This document shows, piece after piece, positions 13,641 to 35,400 of a DNA stretch of 64,000 bases. The stretch spans positions 8,060,001 through 8,124,000 of the forward strand of contig CM120643.1 in the NCBI GenBank assembly GCA_051362555.1, read 5' to 3'. The stretch comes from Lingula anatina (lineage: Eukaryota; Animalia; Brachiopoda). A program made the position numbers and the translations under genes. How positions within the stretch are numbered: the stretch's first letter is position 1; each line of letters starts with the position of its first letter. The notes under the pieces were generated by a model, which was not told where the DNA came from, made no database searches, and saw only the letters and a list, made by a program, of their open reading frames with translations.

Positions 13641-13785
13641 GATGATGATGTAAATCCTTTAATTTGCAAAATTAATGCAATCATTAAATGGAAAATCAAA
13701 AATATATTTTCGTCACTGGTGTCCATGTCCGTTCATTTCTTTTCAGAATTCCGTTGTGATCGCTGCGGATGTGGCGTATCTGTAG
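6200..13785 (+). CDS. LBP/BPI: LBP/BPI (lipopolysaccharide-binding / bactericidal permeability-increasing) protein, 15 coding exons, 488 aa
   Basis: Exons 6200-6323, 7131-7242, 7460-7588, 8290-8363, 8621-8775, 9082-9145, 9631-9722, 10205-10381, 10928-11005, 11605-11775, 12264-12331, 12689-12731, 13111-13174, 13512-13588, 13747-13785. All junctions are GT-AG and phase-consistent (1467 nt). A signal peptide is followed by NPGLKVRITQVGLNF. Other family motifs: HGGASWLYNLF, paired Cys (RQC...LCP), LDYRLIQPP, RMVYVQMSEYVMNTAGY, PKLNEVGNRGLP. Probable non-coding exon ends at 6052 (intron 6053-6193). AATAAA ~14052. Confidence 0.93.
6490..6637. mobile_element. Short interspersed element, homologous to 41016-41148
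   Basis: Shares TGTAAAGCTAACACATG...TATAGTGAG.AAGCTAGC.TTATAGT.CCCTGACACT.AGGGTA with the copy at 41016-41148. Confidence 0.65.
7623..7725. mobile_element. Short TIR element with 5-bp TSD CACAA
   Basis: CAATGGCGGATTTAG...CTGGATCCGCCCCTG flanked by CACAA on both sides, in LBP/BPI intron 3. Confidence 0.75.
10420..10818 (+). repeat. Direct repeat (~80-100 bp) enclosing a ~190-bp copy of 9422-9629
   Basis: (GT)nTTCGGAATACTTGC...GGAAATAGAGC occurs at ~10420-10520 and ~10714-10818. The sequence between them (10522-10712) matches the 3' part of an upstream intron (9422-9629). Confidence 0.85.
11450..11547. mobile_element. Fragment of a CCCAGCAAACA-ended non-autonomous element with AACGTT subterminal repeats
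   Basis: Repeated TAACGTT motifs ending in TGTTTGCTGGG. Only one end is visible. Confidence 0.4.
13223..13283. repeat. (TA)n microsatellite
   Basis: Read directly from the sequence. Confidence 0.95.
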
Positions 13786-15539
13786 TCCGCACAGAAGATT
13801 CGGAGGACTTTCATTGGATAAATCCAACGTCCAAGCACCAGTTTTATTTTATTGGTCGTCAATGTCAGATTTCTTTCACCAGTGACAGTATCAATGCATT
13901 TCCACAACTTTGTGCGACTTTGTTTTTAACAGTGTATTTACGTTTTATTACCACGAATGCACTTGATATTCCAAGTTCTACCTGTATGACAAGCTTTTTT
14001 AAAATTTTCATGGCCTATTTCAAAACTTTTAGATACAGAAAGTGCTTTTGTAATAAAATATTTTTTTCTCTCCAGAACTGTATTGTGCTCTGAAAAGCGT
14101 AGTGAGTACACGTAGGTGCTTTACAAAGCACAGATAGAGCGTTAAAATACTTGCGTTAATATTCGGACGGACTATATTGTTTAACGATCTTCAAAAAGTC
14201 ATCGACTAGAATTTTGTAAAAAAAATAAATAATGATTCATATACTGTATACAAACTTAACGGAATGACCCAATGTTATAACGCAAATTTCCGTTCACAGT
14301 CAATATTCGCGATTCAGCCATAATTTGCATGGCAAATCTGTTTTGTTGTGAGCTAGGATCCAAGATAAATATTTTGGATTCTAGCTATGAGTAACTACAT
14401 ATCCTGGCGTTAATGTCTAAATGTGCCCATAAGATATGGCACATGCACGGGTGCTGAGCTACTAAATGTCCCAATTTTAGTGACATTTGGTGAGCCGCCC
14501 GATCACCCGATGCATAAAATTGAAACGTTCAAACGCAAATGCATTAACCTTTCCTTAAATGGGGGGAGGGGGTTCTGAGTGAGAAAGTCTATAAAAAGAC
14601 AAGCCTGCGAAGACCGGGAACCGACTGCTTGAAACAATATACTCCATCGCAACACGCTGTTGACCTTACGCTTCAGAAGAGCGGATTTTCTGATCCACAT
14701 TTTGATATTCAGTCGACTTCATGACCTTGCGTTAATAATCGTTCATTAAAAATGTCAGAAGCGCATTATTTTATATCTCCTTAGGTTGGCAGTAGGGGTA
14801 AGTGAGATGCCCTTATAAAAAGAATTGTCATCGAACGCAGATCGACTGCTTGGCAGTCATTCAACGTAACCTTTCCAACTTTCACGCACGACATGCAGGG
14901 GACGAGATGCTCTTGTCTTATAAATACTGTATATGAATCCTTCTATAATGGGGATATAATTTGCTGTTGAATAAACTAAACGTGGTAGATCATGAAAGCA
15001 CATCAAATTGCCGAAATAACTTATTGATTTGTCACAATTTTGGATAAAATAGTGTACAATAAAGACAAGTTCTTTTTTTTTTTTAATTTTTTTTATTATC
15101 TTTTTTAAACAAGTCGTTTGGATAATTAACTGTTTTTCTACTCTTGATACTGGGGAAAATTCTGATAATTTAGTAGTATTAAAGGTTTAGAAATACATTG
15201 CTTATGGACTTATTCAACGCCTTTCTCTCCTCTTTTAGATATCAAATACAAAAAATGAATAACCAACTATCAGTAGTATTGAGATTTCGGGTTGTCTCAG
15301 TCCGCTTCTTTTTTTTTTACTTTGTACAGGTGACATTCGTCCCATATACTAAACCCAATAGTCCATTTAAAGCTAACCCGTACTACATGTAATCATACGG
15401 GAGCCCGGACTTCCATTCTTAGGACTTTCATTCCTGTTGCACCGGTGCTGTAGCTAATGCATTAGTTGCGCTGTCATGTCGCACCTGTAGCACTCTGGCA
15501 ACGACATCCGGGTATTTTGGCAGTTGCGAACAAGACAAA

Positions 15540-26232
<10,693 letters not shown>

Positions 26233-27007
26233 TAATGGCGTCTTACTTAAGGCGCACATAATTTTTTTCCAAGGCACACGATGACACTGTATGTTACTTT
26301 TTTTACTTTGGCCATGGACAGTTTATAAGATCAATATTTTCCTTACAGTTTAACTCGGGATTGGTAAAAAATAAGTTATTTGGCTAAGGTCAAATTATCG
26401 ATATCATGAATTACAGAATGGGGTTGTTTTTGCAGTCATCCCGTGTACGGGGATGCTACATTACTCTAGATTACACATCTTGGATGTCTGCTTTCAGGAA
26501 AACTTTCTCATCTCCAGGTTTACCAAGCTTAGACCAACTATGACCTCACGAGTATGACGAGTTACATAGCATTTATGGCATATCAGGGTCAATTTCTTAT
26601 TTTGGTATTTATGTCAATATGTGTAGTATATTTTGAGTGTCATCTCCCTCAAATGGATGATAATTGGAGTCTACACAGCCTGTTTTCTTTTACAAGAGTA
26701 GCATGCGATCTATCAATAATAAGCGTAACTATTTGCGCTTATGTCTTGACCACAATTATGCAAATTATACATATTTTATTCAATTATACTGATGTCGGAT
26801 TCAGCTTGAAGCGTTTCGAATATTAATTTTTTTCATTTATTGTAGTAAAAATGTGTCTGTGCACAATAAAAATAATTTTTTCACAGAAAATTTGTTTCAA
26901 AATACGTAAATAAATATTGGTAGTTGAATATGAAAAATTATTAATCTTACGATGATACTTCAGCCACACGTGTGAAAAGGAAATGCCCTAGTAATGATGG
27001 TCTCTTT

Positions 27008-27285
27008 GGGACCGTTCCCATAACGCTGTCGTGCTAGCTGGATCGACCTAACTCCTCGGGGATTCTTGCTAAATTGCATTCAGAGGTTTTTAAGCCTCTG
27101 TCTGTCACGTCCTCTTGTAACGTAATGTCGGGAGAACTTTTGTGGTACATGAAGTTTTTCATGTTGCCTTGCAATGGGGCATGCCAGACAGCTTAAAAGC
27201 CGATTACATTGACTGTGCCTAAGAGAGAATCCCCACTGAGATAGATCGATCCTGCTATTACGATAAGGTTAAGAAAACGCAGTGC
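27008..27285. mobile_element. Palindromic MITE, family A variant
   Basis: GGATCGACCTAACTCCTCGGGGATTCT...AGAATCCCCACTGAGATAGATCGATCC inverted pair, as in the other family A copies. Confidence 0.7.
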
Positions 27286-27336
27286 TTGTTAAGGGAGGGT
27301 TGTTCAATCCCACGTGGCACTTCACAACTAAAAATC

Positions 27337-27383
27337 AGTTCACCTGAAGAAGACCTTGTGATGAGGTCGAAACGTCGTGATCT
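27337..27383 (+). ncRNA. Minimal type I hammerhead ribozyme motif (Penelope-like retroelement remnant)
   Basis: TCAC (helix I) - CTGAAGA (CUGANGA core, 27344-27350) - A - GACCT tgtgatg AGGTC (helix II) - GAAA (27369-27372) - C - GTC (cleavage triplet 27374-27376) - GTGA (helix I). Confidence 0.6.
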
Positions 27384-28559
27384 TTCCCAACGTAAGATCC
27401 AATCTAGTAATATTTTTCTTATCTTAGTATAATATAACTGGATGAATTAAAACTTTCATTTTAATGTCAAATAAGTTCAAGACAATCAATTCAGATCAGC
27501 AGAGATGAAATTGATTTGTACTTAGATATTTATATTCTTTGCATTACATCACTTAAAGTCCACTTGAGCTTCCACACACTGTTGTGGACCTTCTCAAATT
27601 GATGATAACTACGGGTAACTAATGCATCAAATAAAAAATCACGCTATTTTTTGATGGACCAAAGAGGGGATCAGTTCTGCCCCACTTCAAATTAAGTCAC
27701 ATATTATGCCAGTCACTTGGAGGTTTAAATCCAACTCGTCCTATCTAGCGTGTATTCTGTTACTTCGCAATCACATTCATTAGTAGCACCAGCGTGCACT
27801 CATGGTTTTAGTCCCGACCTGTCTCGTACGGCTCCTGCTGCTCCGCGTTCTGGCGCCGGATACAAGTCACCGTTACCGTTTCTATAACACGGCAGTGTTA
27901 TACAGTTTGTCTCTGTATTTAAATTACATTCACAATCACGGAAGAGAAACCAAATTTTGGAACAAAAGTCCCGGTAGAGTAATTAATTTAGATAATTGAA
28001 GGTACACCCCTTTCAGATGACAGAAAATGGAGACCTGTTGACGATTCTAAAATCGTAGAGGTAGTTTGGCCTCATTATTTCCATTTGGCTCTTTTGATCT
28101 CTCCCACCAAAACAGACGCCACAACTGAGATAATTTCGTCAAAACCGGTCCGGGTCCGAGCGTTATGTAACCTTCCAACCCGGAGAATATATCCATATTC
28201 AGGACAACGGTAACAAATATTGGAGTCCCTGTATCTAGTTTTACTGATCGGTTGTTTATATCGGATACAGTTATTTACGCTCACTAATAGTTTTACGGCA
28301 CGCAGGGATCAGTACGATTCCCTATAAAAAAATGGGCCTCTAAAGTAAAAAGAGAGAGACCCCGGGAGATCGTCACGACTGTCCCTGCCTGCATGCCAGC
28401 CTGTAGTCCGTATGAGAGGAATAAAGACTATTTAAAACGCAATCTTATCTGTCGTGTATTCAAGCCGCCGTTCTCTTAAAAATTAGTAACCAACCAAGGT
28501 TACACTTCTCCTCGTAGACCGCAAGATTAAGGACACATATAATCTCAACTTGAACCCCA

Positions 28560-29280
28560 TTTTTTTTTTTTTTGTCTCAGTCGGTGCATTGGCCTGAGCG
28601 TGACGCTCGTTGAAACGCACCATTGTCCAAATTTTCGAAAATTCAATACCAAATATCTACCAAACCAAAGGAATTATGGGATAAATTAGGCCTACTATTT
28701 AAGTCTGACCGAAAGTCATATGTGAAGATTCCAAATATGCCCTTGGATTTGACCTTTGACCTTTATTTCAAGGTGAAACATTTTCTAAAAATGGGAATTT
28801 TTGCAAAAAATATATTTGTTTGTGCCAATTTTCAGAAAATACACAGTAAGCTCTCAGATTACATTGTGGGGTTACAATTAGGGAATGCTTTCATCTTCGG
28901 GAGTTTGGGGTCAATCGGTGCATTGTCACGGTAGAAGCAGTCATAATATACCGAAACTGAAAACTCTCTCTAATTCTGAAACCGTATATACTAGAGACCT
29001 CTTGATTTTTGCATTCTGTAAAGCTTGTCAAACACAATACTGGAAGTGGTATCCGCTTTTTTGTTTTCGATATAATTTAGGAGTTGGGCTATATCAAAAA
29101 GTACCATGGCGCAATATTCAGTGGTGAAATTTTAATTCAGTGGTGACATTTTAAAAAATGTGAAATACTCTAAAATTAGCAGAGATACAACCATAGTTAC
29201 TATTGAACTTGAATAGAAAGTCATATAATGGCAATCTTACTGTGACCTTGAAATTGACCTTTGACCTAATTTTCACCATG
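28560..29280. mobile_element. Interspersed repeat remnant with GACCTTTGACCT motifs (possibly Helitron/Helentron-derived)
   Basis: Poly-T start followed by TTGACCTTTGACCT at ~28749-28762 and ~29254-29267, plus repeated GAAAGTCATAT. Classification is inferred. Confidence 0.4.
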
Positions 29281-30211
29281 AACTGAACTTACCACCCGCA
29301 GGCAGACTACCACATACTCTGAAGTGTTAAAAACTAGGTCAACTCAGAAATGCTTGTGCTTGGGAGAAACAGTGATCGGTGCCACAATGTCTGGACAGTG
29401 AAGAGTGCTCGCTCCTGGTCTCTGTATATATATAGTACATTGCTTTTTATGTCCCTCGATAATTATGTATAGTACACTGCTTTTTTATATACAGACACAG
29501 ATGTGCCTGTACAATTAGCTGTCATCTGCCTCTGTCATCACCGTAGCCGTCTGCCGACGCCATGCACTTTCAGTGATGACACGATAAGTGGAAAACGGTT
29601 TTATCTTTTGTCTGCAATCTTATGGAACTGATGTTTATCCATAAAATACAGTTCGAAAATCAGCCAATTTTTTCAAAAGTAATTTAATGCTGTTTTCCCC
29701 CTTTTTTTTAGCATGTATGCAACACTGATAACACTAACACATTTCAAGGAAAACCAATATGCCCATTATCTTGAATCACAGGAGTGATTAATGTTATGAA
29801 AATACAGGTTGAGTTCGAAAATCGGCTTGTTTTCCCCTTTTCTGCGTCATCGATGCTGGTGCCATCATGGAGAAAGTAACTGCAAAATGTTTAAGAAGAA
29901 CAACAGCAATGGTTGAAAGGTCACATGGGTTGTCAATAAAATAACCAAGAGAAAGGGAAATTTTAATTCTAGTGTTTATCTGTGTAGATAAGATAACCCA
30001 TATCAGCACAAGTCTTAGCGATTGCTTTGTTTATGGTAAAGCGCCTTTAAATATTTCACATCACGATGACTGTGACTTGGCATACATTTACATGTCCAAT
30101 AACACAGCTAGCTTGCTCAGTAGCTGGGTAGCTTTTAACAGGCGAGTAGCAAATGGACCATTGTGTGGGGCTTTTTGCATAAACAACTTATATTGAGAGA
30201 ATACAAAAAGA

Positions 30212-32463
30212 ATGGCGACTGACGACAAGGTACCGAAGACTTCCGGGTTACAAGTGCCTACGAATTTGGATACAGCAACCACAAAAATGCTAGCATCGGG
30301 AAATGTAGCAGACGACAGTCGCGTTCCAGAAGTTGAATATAATTTCAGCAAAGGTCGACATCTAAAGAACGTCTTGGTCTCGAGTCTGGCCTTCACGCTA
30401 GTTTTCACAGCATTCAGTGGTTTAGAATCATTACAAAGCAGTATAAATAAAGACCAAGGTCTTGGAGTCTACGGCCTTGTGTTCATCTACTCCACCATGA
30501 TCATCTCTTGTCTTTTCCTGGCGCCCCCTGTCATCTCCCTTCTAGGATGCAAATGGACCATAACAGCTGCCATGGCGACATACACGACGTATACCCTAGC
30601 CAACTTTTACGCAGTGTGGGGTACAATGGCCCCTGCCTCTGTCATATTAGGACTGGGAGGGACACTGCTCTGGTCGGCAAACTCCATGTACATCACCGAA
30701 ACAGCCACACAATACGCCCAAATAACCGGGAAGAATAAAGACGTCTTACTCCCCGGCTTCTTTGGTATTTTCTTTGGAATCGTACACACATGTAAGTACA
30801 TTTATCAGGCCCGTAGCCAGCAATTTCAAATGGGGGGTTCGTTATCTGAAAAAGTGGACCTTTTACCATAAAACCTTCATGTACCTAAATCAAATTTTAT
30901 CCAAAGTGGACCTTTTCCCAGCAAAAAGGGCGGTTCTTTCGAACCCCCCGAACCCCCCTGGCTACGGGCCTGTTTATATATCTTTAACATTTCGGGAGCT
31001 ATCCATTCATCTATGGGCGTATTCCCAGAGCTTTTAGATCGATCTGTCCCCGCGGGGAGTCTCACTAGATTACTGTTAGATAATCGGCTTAAACGTCCAT
31101 CCCGCCTACTACAAGCTGTTAAGGGGTAATTAACTTTCGTGCCCGCTCGGCTGACAGCTTTTTAGCGTGAATCCCCAGGGAGTTAGGTCGATCTAAAGTA
31201 GATCGATCTAATCTCTGGAAATGGGGTCTATTTCAATTTCTTTCATTGCAATGCCAGAAGTTGGCGTGAAAATAAAATAATTAAGTTATCAGGCATTGAG
31301 GAAAAATGCATGTGGTAAATTATTGAAGTATTCCTTTACCGTTTAGTGTTTCACTTGATTATAAATCAACGTGGTGCGGAAAAGTCCAAGCTTGTCTTGG
31401 AAGATGTCAGAGCAGACTGTCCAATAGAAGCCATTCAGAACAGATGGTAAACGGACTAATTAGGCTGCATTCACATCGAGTTGAACCATGACTCTACAAA
31501 GCCACGACCTTAATATGGCGGACGTACATGAAAGGAAAACCGCCTAATCTTTTAATAGTCTCTCCGCCTCTCACACGCCTCTCCATGTGGCGTCCCAATG
31601 GAGCCGAGATTTAATGACAGTACCCCCGCAGGGACGACGCATGGGGAGGCATGCGAGAGGCGGAGAGACTATTAAAAGATTAGGCGGTTTTCCTTTCATG
31701 TACGTCCGCCATATGTAGGTCGTAGCTTTGTAGAGCCATGGCGGCCTAACTGATCCGCCGACTAAATATGGCCGACTGAACTTCATAGCAACGCCGCTTA
31801 ATCTTCTGATGCTCTCCCCGCCTCCACACGCGCTCTTAAAAGGGTTAAATCTCAGCTCCTAGGTTTAATTGCAAGGTCCCTGCAGCGACGACACGTGTGG
31901 AGGTGGGGAATCCATCAGGGGATTAGTTGGTACTGCTTTTAAGTGACTCGGTTATATTTAGTCCGCGGATCAACTTGTTCTGAATGGCCTGATAGATGAA
32001 GGGATATCACAGGGGCATCTGTAGTATAGCATTTGACAGAATTGAAGTAGATACTTTTTTGCAATTTTGTTACCGACTAGCATCTACCCCTGTTGTCAGA
32101 GATCTAGAATAGAAAAAATAAGGGCAGAAACCACCAAATAATTTTCCATTGACGGCCATACTAAGAAATGTCTGCAAAACTGCATGAACAAAATAATTTG
32201 GTGAATAATTTTCTACCCCCAATGGCACAAAAAATATACTGTTATATAAGTGCTTCTTTTTTCAATGAAAAGAGTGGTTCGTTTCAGGTAGAGTTTGGGG
32301 TAATCTTATTTCATCTTTGGTATTAAGCCAAATGCCTCAAAACGAAACTGAAATTTCTGATGAAGTTTTTGGCAGATGTGGCGCCACCTATTGCACGGGA
32401 GACGAAAATCTTGGAAATGTTACGAATTCAGGATTGGATAAACCATCGGAAGAGAAGGTACAC

Positions 32464-32494
<31 letters not shown>

Positions 32495-35400
32495 TATAAA
32501 ACAAAACAAAGCCATTGAAGTTTTTTTTACACGAACCGACTTTCTGTCTAATATTGATTCACATGTGCCGACTTTTTCTCCAGTATTGAGTATTCATGTA
32601 CTGACTTTTTCTTCAATATTGAGTATTCATGTACGGACTTTCTCTCCAATATTGAGTATTCATGTTCTGACTTTCTCTCTAATATTGAGTATTCATGTTC
32701 TGACTTTCACTCAGCCCCGTTCACATGTACCTACTTCCCCCCTGCCCATTTTCAAAAGCCATCTTTTTGTTTTCATTATCTTATTCTTTTATTTCCTCGG
32801 CTTTAGCGTTTTAATGTCCTTGTTATTTGTAACTTTCTAGCAGTGGTTGTAAATTTGTTATCCAAAAATGTTTTATCATGCCTTTGAGTCTTAAATAAGT
32901 ATATTATTTAATCATTAGTAGGCTCATCTTAAATAACCTTTAAAAGGAAAATTAATCAGTAATTTTCAGAAATTAAAACAAGTTCCTTAAAGATGTTGAC
33001 TACAACTTCTTCATCGTATTGTTTTCATGATAATATTTTACTTCCTGAACTAACATATTTTCTGACATCATTTACATAAATGAACGGAAACGTTGGTATA
33101 TCTTCTACCTGGGCGGCAGATATTATTGGCACATTTTCCACCAGTCCCTGGTAGACGCTTGACCATATTTAGCCAGTGACATTATCTAGTGGCGGATTTA
33201 GGGGGGGGGGGTCCTGACTCCGCCCCCGCCCCCCAATTCGATTCTGAAAAAAATCACACTAATGGTCCCCTCTTAAAATTCGAATTTTGACTAGCATAAT
33301 CATAGTTTTAAACCGCACCAAATGGCACCGTTCGCCCTCTAAAATTCCAATTTTTTTCGGGAGCCATTCAGCGGACCCGGAACCCCACGCCAGGGCTAGA
33401 GGGTCAGCTTTGCATCCGCGGACTCCCCTTCAAATAATCCTGCATCCACCCCTGTTATCTATGAATATCTAGTGAAAAATCAATCAGTGGACCTTATAGG
33501 GGGTATCGTTAGTACATGCATCCTGTTTTGCTTGCAAGTTTCGCTGTTAATGATACCAATTACCACTGGAACATCCTGACACTCATTAGCGCAGGATTAT
33601 TGAACTGTATGGTGTCGCTTGTGCCACAGACTGGGTTCCCAAGCCTGGATAGATTTTACAGGATCGATCCATCTCCAAGGGGTTCCTCGCTAAATTGCTT
33701 TCAGCTTTAGCGGCTTGGATGCCTGGCACGCCGACTGAAGCTACTAAAGGATAATTTTTTACCCCTTAGCACCTTCAGTAGGCGTGGCGGACACCTACGC
33801 AGCTTAAGTTGATAGCAATTAAGCAAGAATCCCCTTGGAGATAGATCGATCCAAAGTTATAGTACGATAGGGACTGGGAATGGTCCCATGGTATGGTGCG
33901 TGTTTAATCACGGGATCCCAGACTGTAACCCACGCCTTTTGCTATAAATACATTGCCAGTCGCATATACAGAGTTTAAATTCTGGATATGAATATTAGTA
34001 TTAAAATACTAGATATGGAATAATTGTTATTTTTGAGTGCAGATTAAAATTTTTTGGGCTTTATTCATCAAAAAATACGTCATTGAGTGATAAAGATATC
34101 CAGTCTTCTACTGTGAGATACTATGGTCAAAAATATCAAATCTGGAGATAAATCTAGAAAAGATATATATTTAAAGGATTCTTCATTGCAGAAAAATATT
34201 AAAATTATTCTTTTAGTGAAGAGGAGGTATTATCGAATTAAATCATAAGCCATTTTATAATTATTTCCTTCAATTTCTGTTTTTTTTTTCATTCTATTTT
34301 TGATTGCTTCCTTATTCCATTATTCTATCTTGAACGGCTCTTTTATTTTGTTGGCGAAATTATGACTTAGTTGTTTTCAGCTCCAGATATTGTGCGGCAC
34401 ATACCTTGCCTGTGGCTTGATGGCCGTTGGAGCGGTCGCCATTTTCCTAGATGATATACATCGCCACAAATCTGCAAAATCCCAGCCGAAGAAGAGATTC
34501 TCTAGTGCCCTTTTTGTTGCAACTTTCAAGCACATGCGGAAACCCAAGCAGTTGCTACTGATACCGATAACCGTTTACTGTTCCATGCAAATGGGGTTTT
34601 TCTCCAGCGATTTCACAAAGGTAAGCTAACCAATACAGGTTTTCGTGGCAATTTTTTTTTTTTTTTTGTTTGAATTTAATTATGAACATTGAAAATTACA
34701 AAATAAAAAACCTTTTAACCCCTGGCAGTATGTGTCTTGTATTACATGTAAACCGTGCTGTATGTTATTTAAATGTTCGGGTAAATGTCATGTCTTGGTG
34801 TGGCATTTACCTGGTGGACCAAATGTTCCTTATTTGTGCTCACTTGCTTTGAAGCTGCTAAAAATTGTCGGTTCACTAATTTTTCATTTGAATAGCATTA
34901 TCATTATTATTATTATTTACTCAAACACCACACCAGGCATTCGTGAGCTGCACTTATGGAATCTGGAACGTGGGGTACGTCATGATGACGTATGGTGTGA
35001 CCAGCTCTCTTAACTCAATTGTGATTGGACGACTGGCGAAACGGGTGAGGCGGCCTTTTTTTTTCACAATAGGTAAGTGCGAACTGCTAACGTTATTTAA
35101 CACCCAGTCGCCGTTAGGCCACACTTTTTAAATTTTATGGATGACATCCTGCGCGCGCACCGATTTTCGTCCGTTCTCCAAAAAAAAAAAAAAAAAATCC
35201 CCCCCCCCAAACCGCCCCCCCCCCCCAAAGGAAGTCGGTTGTCGCAAACATCGTTATTGAATTTGCCGGAAAATGCAATCGGCAATTCTCTGCTAATTCC
35301 GCAAGCTCCATACTGTCATTGTCGACTGCGGAGACATCCGAGTAGTTCCGAGTGTGGAAAATGAGCTTTCTGCGCATGCGTATTATCACCACATGAAAAT

